A stretch of 52,120 bases of DNA, the filler included, from Sphacelaria rigidula (Eukaryota): the NCBI GenBank assembly GCA_964200075.2. It is 4 parts of 4 records of this genome, joined end to end, with 100 filler letters (N's around TTAATTAATTAA, not from the genome) between each part and the next. Parts side by side here need not be neighbours in the genome. Positions count along the whole stretch, not along the records: positions 39,170 to 52,120 come from CAXNAA020003271.1; 3 more parts are not named here. One strand, given 5' to 3'. The notes beneath the pieces are model-generated. The model ran no database searches. It had not been told where the DNA came from and saw only the letters and a list, made by a program, of their open reading frames with translations. A program made the translations under genes and the position numbers. Positions within the stretch are counted from its first letter, which is position 1. Each line of letters opens with the position of its first letter. This document shows, one piece after another, positions 39,256-51,301 of this stretch.

Positions 39256-40105
39256 GCTATTTACGTCAACGTTGACGTACTGTGTTACATCCGCCAACGT
39301 TGACGTAATCTGTTACATCGGTCAGCGTTCAGCATCCGTCACACAAGCCCCGCATGGACATAGCAACACATGGAAAGCACTCACATAGTTCTTGCTGCTT
39401 GGCGTAGTTTTTAGCCAGCGAGGCAATGTGAGCACAGAATTCGTAAGTGACAGATGCAGGGGCTACTAACGCGTGGTTTGGCCTACACTGCACACAAATC
39501 ATAGACCTGTCACGGAATTGCCTATAGATTCCTTTACGTGATCAAAGCACAGTAGCACTGTGTTCACGCATCACCCATGTTGTACGGTGGAGACTACAGT
39601 CGGTAGAATATGTGCCGGTTGGCGTGTAAGGTATGCGGAGAAATACTCGCACACCTACATCTGTTGAGCAGATATCAATCTGTGCCCTATGCTCGAGCTA
39701 ACACCTTGTCTACCTTCCTGGTTTGTCTGGATTCTGTATCGTCTCGAGAAGCACCACCCTACCTGGGCATTGAGCAGCCTGCAGAGCTGTGCACACTTGA
39801 GAGTTATAACAAACCTCAAAACGGAGCCGGTTCCTTGAAATCCTACACGGCTTGGGGTGCGGTGCTGTGACATCTACACTGCATGGGGGTGCGGTGCTCA
39901 CTCTGCCATAAGCACGTATCTCATCCGCTACGGGTCCGTTTGCTCCGTGCGATGGCTTGGACGATAGATAGAGACTGTGTGAGTGCTTTCCATGTGTTGC
40001 TGTGTCCATGCGGGGCTTGTGTGACGGATGCTGAACGCTGACGGATGTAACAGAGTACGTCAACGTTGGCGGATGTAACAGTACGTCAACATTGACGTAA
40101 ATAGC
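39256..40105. repeat. Inverted repeat pair, ~132-bp arms, ~585-bp spacer (MITE/foldback-like)
   Basis: 39256-39389 and 39974-40105 are near-identical reverse complements with internal palindromes (TACGTCAACGTTGACGTA). Confidence 0.85.
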
Positions 40106-40319
40106 GAGACCCGACAGAATAAGGTCATCGCGGAAATAGGGTTGGGCACTGTTAGCTTCAACAGCTCGCTGCACGGGCGATGCCGCACATGGGAGAAAGC
40201 TGCATGACGCATGACATTCGTCACAGCACACGTTGCAAGCGTTTTTTGCTAAATAGATTCATGTATCAACAAGAACAGGGCGAGTTAGTGCAGATTTCTC
40301 TGGATACGGGCCCCACTCT

Positions 40320-40687
40320 GTGCGCATCGGTCTTGAAACGCACATCCTCGTCTGTTGTAAAGGAATATCATGCTGTTTGCTGCTATGGGTTCGACACTGC
40401 GTACCAACCGCGACGTTACGCCTTCGGTGGTAAAACCTGCTCCCTGCACAGCGGCAGGGTGCAGGGTGACAAAGCACACCACAGAACGCCACATCCTCAG
40501 CCTACCCCCTGTGCTGCATTGATTTCGCGCTGTCCTATGCAATTCGCCACATCATGCACGCAACCGCTTGTATCTGCGGTCAACGCGCACGCTGGATATC
40601 ATTTTGTAAAGCTCTCCGTGTTGTAGCTACAGCGTGCGTTTGCCCCGGGTTGCGCACGCAGGAGTGAAAGGCCGCCTCTGCTGCTGT
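40320..40687. repeat. Diverged ~370-bp repeat, inverted partner of 45369-45772
   Basis: For example, GCGTGCGTTTGCCCCGG (~40633) and CCGGGGCAAACGCACGC (~45408); CTGTGCTGCATTGATT and AATCAATGCAGCACAG. Confidence 0.75.
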
Positions 40688-42377
40688 CATGGCTGCCTGT
40701 ATCTTGGGCGAAAATGAAATTATTTGCGCGAAGGGCGATTATGTCCGAGCGTTCAAGATCAGCACCGTGCAAACACTGAGGGCTCGTTCGAAATCAGCCA
40801 AAGAACTGAAACATGGGACATGTCTTTTCTCACTGTACTGCAGCATAAACACACTCACTTCCGCTCTCTTGTGCTGTAGCTATCACTTTTGTGGGGTGCG
40901 TTTAGATCTTGCGAAGACGGTTTGGTCTCCGCTGAGATTGCTTCATGTGCTGTATTGTGTTCATCTCTCTGTAACCAAGCTGTAACATATTGTATCAGTC
41001 AGGACGCAGTGCTGTCTACACACTTGACTGTTGAAAAATCAAGATTTCATGTTACCCGGACTCATCACTTGCGCGATACCGAGCATTGCTGGGTAAAGGC
41101 ACGCAACCAGCACCAGTATACACATACACCGCTCGACCGGCTGGGCCAGACCCCATACTCCAATGAAAGAAGTGATGCACCGCACTGTGCGGATAAACTG
41201 CACCGCCAGGGTACTGCTTGCACCCGTCAGCATGACGGCTGCTGCCGTTGGCATCGGCGCCAGCGCTCGCGGCCACGGCAAGATTAATTTAGCAACAAGA
41301 GAAGCTGATGTATACCGTATACAGTCCGGTTTCGGGTTCCAAAATAAAACAAAAACACTGCAGAACTGCCATGTTGTCTTGTGTTCTGTGTAGTACTCTG
41401 CACTCCATATATTAGCGTCATGGTTCGAGCATTCGTCGAAACGTTCTTGTTTTTTGAAAAGTGTTCCGAAAAAACGAGTGTTTTTTGTCACAGAAATCTA
41501 ATGCCGAATTTGGAATAGCTTGACACAACAACTAATTTGAAAATTGGAATGAGCTGTTACTGCCCGTGTGAGCATCTTTCGCCTTTGATACTGCGCGTAC
41601 TGGTGTAGTGAAGGCGCTACCCTTGTCTGTATTGCACATCCTGGACGATAGATCACGTTGTCGAAACGTGTACTACGCACAGCATCGACTATTGCGTCTA
41701 CAACGAAAGACGACAGATTCCATGCTGTTCTCAGTACACTGTGACAAGCTTTTGTCCCGGGTGTGCTGTATTGCAGTACTTTTGGACGAGCAACGTCGCA
41801 CTTGATTGCTGGTATACTCAGCGACCCACCGCAGTGATGCGTTTCTTTTTCATCACAACACCATGTCGGTTTGCAAAAGCTTGTCTTCATGTGCCAGCAG
41901 CCCGTCTGTCGTTAGAAAAACGATGGGCTTCATTCACCTAAGGATATCAGTTGCTTTTCTTTCGTGTGCGGGGAAATATCGCAAGTTCCGAAATACGCAA
42001 ATATACCCTGTTGAGACCATCGTGTTTCGCTACTATCCAAAATTACATCTCAAGTCCAATAAGCAGCATACGTCCACAGCACTCCCTACCGGCGGCCTTA
42101 CATCGCGTCCATCACAGCGGATGAACCTCCGCTCTCCTATCGCACAAGAGTACAAAACATGAAAAAAAAACTCGAAAATGAGAAGCAGATGGCTCCCGCA
42201 GCAATAAAATAAGCACACGGCAAGAATTACATCAGTCGTGGTACGACACTTGCTTTACAGCATGGCATACCCTCCTACTATGTTACCAGGAACATGGGGG
42301 TATATACAGGTGTGAGGCCCCAGCTCAGATCTAGATAATATACCAACCTCCATCGCCTGAACACGGATACCAGTTCC

Positions 42378-42597
42378 CGTTTCAACCCTTAGACCGCGAG
42401 GGTAGTCCATCTGAATCACGCATACCTTTTTCAAGTGAAGTTGATGTCGGTTCAACATATGACCTACTCTCGTCGTCTGAGGGTTAACCCTTGGACTGTG
42501 AGAGTAGGTCACCTGCGGCATCGGCATTGATTTTCACTTGAAGGAAGTATGTGTGACCCAGATGGACTACCCGCAAGGCGGTCCAAGGGTGGAATCG
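42378..42597. repeat. Palindromic MITE-like hairpin (~97-bp arms) downstream of SDHAF4
   Basis: Arms 42378-42472 and 42499-42597 are imperfect reverse complements (GGGTAGTCCATCTG/CAGATGGACTACCC; TGACCTACTCTC/GAGAGTAGGTCA). A related arm lies at ~47048-47095. Confidence 0.8.
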
Positions 42598-42707
42598 CGA
42601 TGCCCATCCATTTCACAAAAAACAAAAAAATCTCATTCTAACTTAGACAGGCTGTGACCACAAAATACTCTCTTACACGCCACAATTTCAGCAGGGCATC
42701 CTAGACC

Positions 42708-42847
42708 CTAAAAGTCGGAGCATCGCCCTTTTCGCTCCCAGTCGCCGAATCGCGTTGGTTCACCTAGCACACCGCCCCGTGTTGGGCCGCCCCATTCCTT
42801 GCCTGCCGGTCCGTCCTGCAGCATCTCTTCCATTTCCTCCTCTTCCT
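42708..42847 (-). CDS. SDHAF4: Succinate dehydrogenase assembly factor 4 (Sdh8/DUF1674), terminal exon
   Basis: Acceptor TTTTATTTTGCCCGGCTCAG, then EEEEMEEMLQDGPAGKEWGGPTRGGVLGEPTRFGDWERKGRCSDF-stop, the diagnostic ExGGP...EPTR(Y/F)GDWExKGRCSDF terminus. Upstream exon(s) not identified. Confidence 0.92.
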
Positions 42848-45368
42848 CTGAGCCGGGCAAAATAAAACAAGCATTTAAATCGTCAGCTTTAGTGTACAGC
42901 TGAAACACAAAAATTGACGTGAGAATATCTGTATCCATACCTTTTACATTCAAGTAGATATCTTTTTAGGATAACTAACAACACTGTTCGCGTCGATCAA
43001 CGATGCTACCGGCAATGATTTAGTGGGGGGAACTGCACCAGTCGAGACCGTGAGCACTATCCCGAGGTTCATAGGCACCTATTTCGGCAAACCATGTTCT
43101 GAGTAAGTACAAAAGTCTTGGATGGCAGTAACGGTAAGCGGGGAAACCGTGGAAACGTGAAGAGGGCAACGGGGTCATAAAAAATTATGACTAGCGACAC
43201 CACAGTCGGTGGGATGATGTCACCACCCCAGCGGCGTCACACGTTACTATCGACACGGCCGCACGCACCAGCACATTCAACGCACACAGAAAACACACAT
43301 GCCCGAGCATTAACACCAGCGCATGATACACACGAACCATTCCGTCCCATACATCGGTGTTCAGTGTGGGCAACACCTGCCCCCATAGTATTCCATGGGC
43401 ATACGACCTCCTCTGTGCATGCAATTGAATGTCTGTTTGGGGTCTACTCCAGCGGTCGACCTTATTTTCATTGAATAAAAGCCACGAATTCCGAAGCGAT
43501 AACGATCCGAAAACTCTTCTCGCAGGGCTTGGTCTCGACATGCGTAATGCTAGGTGACTGGCTCCCTCACTTTACGGGCAGTCACTGCGCTCGAACAAGG
43601 ATCTATGCCTGCAGGGTTATCGAGGCTAGGTTTGCGTCACGTGTCGTCCCGAGAGACCCATGGGAACTGGCAGCACTGGGGTCGAGCGAACTGACGAGGG
43701 AGCAGGGAGAGAGTCCATGTTGCAATACTGTGTCCAGGCCACTCGAATGTCATGTCCAACTTCATCTGTGCGCGTATATCCTACGGAACGCCGATGCTGT
43801 AACTGGAAAAAAAAAAAAAAATGAGGGGGGGTAATGACCTAGAAAAGGTACACCTTCTCGTATTTTGCCTAAGAAAGGTACCAAAAATGATCGGAAACAC
43901 GAAAACAGCAGAACACACAATCTACACCGATTTTACTCCAAATTTTTGACGCACAATCGAAGGGCTCCTCGGCACCTGGGCCTCGAAAGAATCCAGAAGA
44001 CATGTTACTCGCGAGATATGGCCATGCGCGGGAGGACGTCTCGCCTCCAGCAACCACTTCCCCTTTCAAGCCCATATTTCGGCCAGGTATACCTGATCTA
44101 GAATTTATTTTTCAATCGTACCTTATCTGGGCCACCAGTCGGCCCAGAAAGTACCTGTCCGGGGCCATCGCTTCCCACACTGCACTCCATGCGGCACACT
44201 ACGCGCAAGGGAATCTACGCGCTTATTCCAACCATGGCGTCCACACATTCGGCTTTTTTCCCGCCCATTTCCCGTTCACGAACACGACAACCACCACACC
44301 CTCTTCTCTCTGGTAATGGTTCCCGGGTCTCTCCGCATCGACACAAGAACTAGACTCACAAACCACAACGCTTCGGTCTTTTGCGCTTGCGGAGGGTTAC
44401 GTAACATCGTGCCCTTGCGATCTGGGGCTGGTGTCATGCAGTGTTGTTCTTTTCAATGTTGTGGAAGCGGTGTTTTAAAAGGTTAGGCGTGAAGAACATC
44501 CGCACCTCGCTTGTGATGACGCCAAAACTTGGAAGATGTGTTGATTGGTACAAAAGCGAAGTCTCACAGCCGCTCGTGCATCCGCAGAAGGCGGTAAGAG
44601 CTCGGTCTGCTTTCATACTGTGGATACCCAGGGTACGAGTATTTTTTTTCATCTTCAACACTTACTGTATCATGACAAATATACTGGGTACGTCATCAAT
44701 CGGGCTTGCAGCTCGGCACGGATCCTGGCGGCGTCATCATCGATCTTCGCCCATTTAGGGATGAACACCTGGAGAAGCCCAGCAAAGAAGCAGCATGTGC
44801 GGTCCTCATATACACGAGGGTCGTGGGCCCAAGATTAACGGTCCAACAAGCTCGACATGTCAACGTTAAGCTTCTGTCGCGTGACGACTGCATTCCGCGA
44901 TGGACTATTTCCAGCGTATCCCACGACTGGGTCAAATACCCGTAGAGACAGTAGCAATGCTAGCATATCCCAAGTGCTGACAGCCTGGTAGCCGGCGAGG
45001 TGTTTATAGTAGTTTCCTTCTAGCGGTATCAACTTTGAGTGCCCGGGGGCAGACTTTGCACGTGGGTATTTTGGCGATTGCGTCACTCGCACTTTGCCGA
45101 TATGTTGCGGATTTTTTCACGATCGCACCGCCCCAAATTACTTGTGGAATGTACTACGCCCTGTGCGAAGATTTCTACAGTCAGTACGCACAGTATGGAA
45201 TCTATTGCCTGCTGTTATTTGTGTAATATTCGTACTTGTAGCTGACAACTGCACGCTACACATGGACAACAGCGGGTAAAAATCTCCACAACGTGAAATA
45301 TCACGGGTGGATTTCGCTCCCTAGCGGATGTGTTATCACACAGCTTCGTCCAAGATAAGAGCAGCCAC

Positions 45369-45772
45369 TACAGCGGTGGAGGCGGCCTTTCATTCCTGTG
45401 TGCGTCACCGGGGGCAAACGCACGCTTAGCTGCAACACGGGCAGTTGTACAAAATGTGGCGCAGCGACATAGCACGTCGCGAGGGGTGATATCGTGATAT
45501 CCGACGTACACGTTGGCCGCAGAAAAAGCGTCCGCGTTCATGTTGTGGCGAACTGCGTAAGACGACGGGGAATCAATGCAGCACAGGGATAGGCTAAGGA
45601 TGCAACATTGTGCGGTGTGCTATGTCACCCTGCTGCTATGCAGTGAGCAGGTAGTACCGCCCAAGGCGTTACTGCTGCAGTTGATATGCAACAGCGAACA
45701 CAGACAGCAAGCAGCATATTCGTATATTCTTACACTACCGCTGTAGATGTGTGTTTCAAGGGTGATGCACAC
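45369..45772. repeat. Diverged ~400-bp repeat, inverted partner of 40320-40687
   Basis: Reverse-complement similarity along its length, with a ~35-bp extra insertion. Confidence 0.75.
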
Positions 45773-45899
45773 GGGAAGGGGCAAGCATCTGGACAACTCT
45801 GCACCAACTTCGCCTCGTTCAAGCGTAAACAGACATCTCTTCAGTAAAAATCACTCGCGATGTGTGCTGCGATGGATCTTGTGTGTTTCAGTCTTGTTT

Positions 45900-45976
45900 T
45901 TTCTGGGTACGTCTATCATGAGACCACGGCTTGATCGCTGGGGGGTCAGTTCAAGTGCGACAATCAATCAAATCAA
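45900..45976 (+). repeat. Retroposon-like 3' end with (ATCA)n tail, copy 2
   Basis: Matches 29830-29902. Confidence 0.6.
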
Positions 45977-48206
45977 GTAGATCAATCAATTCTCCAAATG
46001 TATCTTTGAGAAAGACCCCTCCCGGTTCATTACCTGAAGGGGAACCAAGAACGGTAAAAAACGGTGAAGAACAGCTTCCATTCGACAGTTTCACCAACTA
46101 TTAGTGTCATGCGCATGGCCACGTCACATATTTTGATCCTTGTGGTTGGAAGTTGGAGATAACTTGGCGACCACTCCTGAAAAAAAAAAAAAACGATGTT
46201 CCGCGAGTCATCCTTCAAGATCCGGAAATTTCAGCTCGATCTTTGATGAAGATCCATCTTGGTTCATCAACAATTCTTGTCCTTCACCTCGAAGTAATTA
46301 TAAACCAGGATTTATGTCACTGTTTGTTAGGGCCTACGCTCACCTTCTTCAGGGCGTGTACATTTTTTCAAACCTCTGCTCCCTCGAGCCAGTATCGCAG
46401 CTGAAGTCACGACATACCGTCTATACACCCAAGGCTCTGCTGCGTTGGTGACATTGGGGACGAGAGCAAAAATAGTTCTCGTGCCTCCCACGACGAGGAA
46501 TCATATTGAGAAAAGCTGCCGCTTGTGCACATACACATGTAGTAGCCCAAGGCAACAAGGAACATGTGGTATACGAGCTGGGCCAGCAGTAAATCCCGCA
46601 TTCGCTTTCCACACCACAACTTTCCAAGTTTTTCAAATCAGCGCGACTTGAGCATATCGCTGTGAAGTGCAGACCAACCTGGTAACACACGGTACCGCCG
46701 CTGAACAAGGAGAAAAAAATGGAAATAAATGCACTGCAAAATATCAATGACCTCAACGACGGACGAAAAAAAAAGAAGTCTCCTATATCACTTGGATCAA
46801 AGCGGTGCGGCCGTGTCACACGAAAAGTGCGATGCCGCGCCCAATTTGAGGTATTTTTGGTCGAAACTTCATCAACGATGAATGTTTGTAGCCGAACGCC
46901 GGTACACTACGGTTCTACGCACGCGAGGAGCACACGGGATTGTCAGTCCTACTAAAGATCTGATTCTCATGGTACATGCTCAAATTAAGTGTTGTTGGTG
47001 TCAACCACGAACATTTGTAGCCCAACGGCGGTTTACTCTGCCGTAGATTTTTCAAGCGAAATTGATGCCGATTCCGCAGGTGACCTATCCTCGTAGTCAA
47101 GGAGGTAACTTGAACCGAGATGGCTCAACTATGAATTGGAGTCGGAGGTTCAAACTTTGCAGTCGGTTGTTGGGAAAGAGGTGACCATTTCCAGAGATTT
47201 TGATTTGAAGAATGAACACATGACATCGATTTCTCACGCTGGTGGGGAACCGTCACTTTCAGAGCTGGCGTGAGGACAAGGTCACGCTCCTCGAAAGAGT
47301 AATCCGATATACGTGGTGATTTCCATGGACGAAGGGAGGAATGAAGCAGGTGGCGCAGTGAAGATGAAACTGTGCTGTACTGTACCCTACTGCGCTGTAT
47401 TGTACTGCGTTGTACTGTGCTGTACGGTGTACTTCGGCTTTGTCCATCTATACAAACGACAGGCATGCACCCTCACGATTGGTCATTTGTGTTCTTTGGG
47501 CGTAATATCTACTTCAAAAATGAATGCCAATCGTGGCAGTCGAAGGATTCAGCTGTGCAACTGAAGGCAGGAAGAGGTGACGCTGTCGGAAGGTTTGGAT
47601 CCTTGGTGATACTCATGGACAGACGGAACGAACGCAACGAGGGGGGAATAGATGACGCCGTACTGCTGTACCGTGCGTTTTAGATCGGAGTTGTCTCCAT
47701 CTATACACCCACCCGCAGGGTCATCCGTGTTGCGCTGTCACACTTTTCACGAGAAAATGAATGATGAACAGACCGTGGGGGCGATGCAATGCAGCAGGGA
47801 TGTGCGTGTCATGGGTGCAGAGCTTGTGCGATGGGATCGTGTGACTCACATTCTTTCAAGATAACTCCACCGGTTTCCGCAGATATCCCCAACCCTTAGA
47901 CAGCGACCCCCCGCTGGTAGACCGAGGTAGACAATCCACTTTTTGGGCTGAGGATCATTCCTTTGTCATACCTCGAAACGCCTACTCCACGGCGGAAGGG
48001 ACCGGGGGTGCTTATGAGGCACATAGTTGTGAGGGTAAGAACACAGACGGTGGTGTGGTTGTCGACCACCTGGTTATTACGCCGCATATTTACGCTCTGC
48101 AGTCTGTAGTGTATCGTGCCGCGGCTGCACGTGCGGTCTGCAGCGTACCGGATCTTACAGTGTTGCACGTGTCGAGGACACACAGCGTCCGTTTGGGTAT
48201 CGCATC

Positions 48207-50800
48207 ATGACTACCGCCACGAACGCTCTTGCAGCACGTGCCGCGCTTATCGGCGCCGTGTCACTTGGGCGAATGGTGCTGCGAACTCAGGGCAGTACAC
48301 ATCCACTGGTTCTGTGTCGCAAGCAGTACAGGAATGAACCCTATCCCGCAGGCGTAGCAGAGGAGATGTCAGAATGTTTGCTGCCGGCGTTACACCACGC
48401 TGTGCAACGTGAAGAGAACGATGAGGAATGCCGGCGCAGCCCACTACATACAGGCTGCAAAAACTTCCGGGGGGAGGTTTATAGTGTGGCATAAGATTTT
48501 GAAGGAGGCAAGGGGTTGGACCATGACGAAACAATGACCCAACAGCGGATGTAGGCTGCGGGAGTGCATCGAGAAACAATCAACTGTATATTTAATGCTG
48601 CAGTAGCTGAGTCGGGTGCGCACCCCACGGTCGACAGTTTGCAGGGAGCGGCTAGTTATGAGGCGGAGACGGCGTCAACATGGCCCAGCATCGATGCGCT
48701 TGGGTTAGCAGCTGAAGCGTGCGACTTCAATATTTTTGTTTGGGCGAAGGAATCACGTGACCAGCTTGTGATATTTCGTGACGCCGATATGCACGGGCTG
48801 TTCATCGTCGGCAGCGATAAACCATATGTGCACTTGTGTACACAAATTCGTGCGTAGATAGCGGGGATAGAGGCCGAATACGGTCGGTATGTGGAGATCG
48901 CTAGTTTCGAGTTATTGAATATTGATTCCGATACCGCCGCCGGATTGGAGAACACGGTGAGGACTGCAGTGCAAGCTGTGGATGGGACCACCACGCCTCC
49001 GCACCCTCTGCCGCTGGCCACGGTAGGGGGGGGGGGACTCTGCTGTCGTCCACCAGCGGGGCGTGGGCCAACCTTCCCGGGATGAGGTCGAAGGCATGGT
49101 GATGTTTCCGCCACGGGACGGACGGCAACTTGCGTCGGGCGCCGTGCGGGCGGGATACGGCGCTCTCACTTCGGGGGACGCAACGACCGTTCTTACAGGA
49201 GCACGGAGTCGGTCCTCGGCGCTTCCTCGTCGCCGGCCGCTTGCACAGTTGTGCGCCAACAGCCACTACACTGTGTACCAATAGCCAAGTGGTGGCGCCT
49301 CTTCGGGGACCGAGCCAGTCGTCGTAGCAAGCTTGACAGGACGGAGTCGAGCGCAAATTGGGTGGCCTCGACTGCAGGGGGGGGGGGTGGCGATGGCAGG
49401 CACGACGGGGGTTCGGAGGTTGGGTGCTGTACCGTTGGCGCGTCCACCATCGGTAACCGCACTCGCTCGTGTGCCTGCCAGTTTTAGGCCAGCGACTCCT
49501 CGATCACCCCCCACACGGGGGCGCGCGGCCATCACCAGCGCCGGGTCGGATACACACCTGAGTTATCTCGTCCGACTCGGCTGTGTTGCTGCTGAAGATA
49601 CCGCGCCAGGTGCGGTTGTTCCCACGGTTGGAGCGGGAATCGGTGCCGGAGCAGGGAAACCCAGATGATGTATATCGCCGCAGCACGTGGGCCGCGCAGC
49701 GGCTGGTGCCGTGTCCATGGGCCGCACGGGCGCCAGCCCACACACGAGTCTCATGCATTCGATCATGATCCGACAGTCGGCGGCGACCCTCGGGGCGAGT
49801 GCTGCTGGACTCTCCGACACATCGCAGTTCGTAACGCCCCAGGGTGGGCTTCGACGACTCGTGTCCCCATCACCGCTCGTGTCCCCATCACCGCTCGTGT
49901 CCCCATCACCGCTCCGTCGCAGCGATGCTACGAGGAAGTAATCGCCTCCCTCGCCCGCCCATTCCAGCATGATAAGCCCGTCGCTCATCGTACCCGGCAT
50001 ACCGCCCACTCCCGCCGCACTCTCATACGATTTGTCGGCACAGCCCGTCGGCCGGCAATCCGTGAGGCTGTGCCCTAAAACCCTGCCGGGGTATCACCAC
50101 ATACTATGCTCGCGGAGTCGTCCATATCCACCCTGCGATCATCGCCTGGAGAGGCTGCGCCCCTGTCTCCTTTTGCGATGGCGGGATCCCGGTCGGATCA
50201 TTCTAGGGGGGGATATACACCCGCCCTCCACTGCTTGTGCCGGCAACCCACCGCCGCCGCTGGTGGTCGCCGCGCGTGGGCTCAACCACTTCCGTCCTGC
50301 AGAACCAGTCTCCCGGCCCACCGTTGCATGCGAGGCCCCCGGCCTTTGAGGCAAACCTCCAACGCCGCCGGTGTGCGGCGGCGGACGCGGCGGTGGCGGT
50401 CGCGACGTTGGCTCTGCCGCCGGGCAGCAGGCGACGTCAATGCGTTCTCCTGCCGGCAGTCCGGGTGGCGAGTTGGCTTCCATTACTCGAGAGAGATGTG
50501 CCGCCATGTCCAAGAAAGGCAAAAAGCAAGGCGAGGTGTGCTGCGCAGACGCCCGGGCTAGGTCCGCGTACTGCGTGAAGCACAAGAAGTACAGGGATCC
50601 CCCGGTTATGTCGCCCACGAGTCGAGGGCGGCGGCGCAAACGCAAATGCACTGTGGAACTTTCGATGCTCGATGATGACTTCTAGAATCCCATCGCGGAG
50701 GGCGAAGGATGTGACGACGATGGAGAAGTGGCGTTCTCCGACGGTAATCCAGAGCTCGAACATGATCTTGCGGACCTTGGCAACGCAGCAATGGGCTGAA
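48207..50800 (+). pseudogene. Decayed intronless coding region (TE- or virus-derived?) with OTU-like protease motifs and a DUF5763-like CxxxxxxGxxxGxxC...YCxxH finger
   Basis: ORFs 48207, 48564 and 48891 share one frame, separated by single stops. After a G11 run (49026-49036), ORFs 49063, 49333, 49687, 49969 and 50371 share another frame. Motifs: ECLLPALHHAV, WPSIDALGLAAEACDFNIFVW, NSHY, CAAMSKKGKKQGEVCCADARARSAYCVKH, then an acidic tract. Confidence 0.45.
49858..49914. repeat. 18-bp tandem repeat x3 (CTCGTGTCCCCATCACCG)
   Basis: Three exact copies; frame-preserving (LVSPSP)3. Confidence 0.9.
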
Positions 50801-51301
50801 AGGGTGACTACCACCGCCGGGTGCAACGTTGACCCACAGTTTGCAGAAGATATCGAAGAGGAACGGCGCCCAATATCAAGACACACCGTCCACTCGACGT
50901 CGTTACCGCCAACCCTAACAAGAATCTCACCTGGAGCGGGAGCGGAGGGTCCACCATCTCCTGTACGGTCTTGTACACCCTTTCCTCCCAGTCTTCCTTC
51001 AACTCTTCCATTTCAGCATTGAACTTCCTGACGTCTGGCGTGACCCTCGCGCCCTCCTCGGTGCTGGTTCAATGCTGAAATGGAAAGTTAAAGGAAGACT
51101 GGGAGAAAAGGGTGTACAAGACCGAACAGGAGATGGTGGGCCCTCCGCTCCCGCCCCAGGTGAGATCCTTGTTAGGGTTGGCGGTAACGACGTCGAGTGG
51201 ACGCCATATCTTGATATTAAGCGCTGCTCCTCTTCGATATCTTCCGGAAACTGTGGGTCAACGTTGCACCTGACGGTAGTGGTCACCTTTTCAGACCATT
51301 G
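50789..51301. repeat. Long inverted repeat/hairpin: ~235-bp arms, 42-nt loop
   Basis: 50789-51024 versus the reverse complement of 51067-51301: about 22 substitutions and one 1-nt indel by manual alignment (~90% identity). Confidence 0.92.

Noticed and set aside
43191-43541. ORF MSRPSPARRVFGSL... as the SDHAF4 targeting exon
   Set aside because: Arg/Ser-rich start, but I found no good phase-1 donor to match the 42847 acceptor.
49858-49914. CRISPR-like array
   Set aside because: Head-to-tail 18-bp repeats with no spacers.
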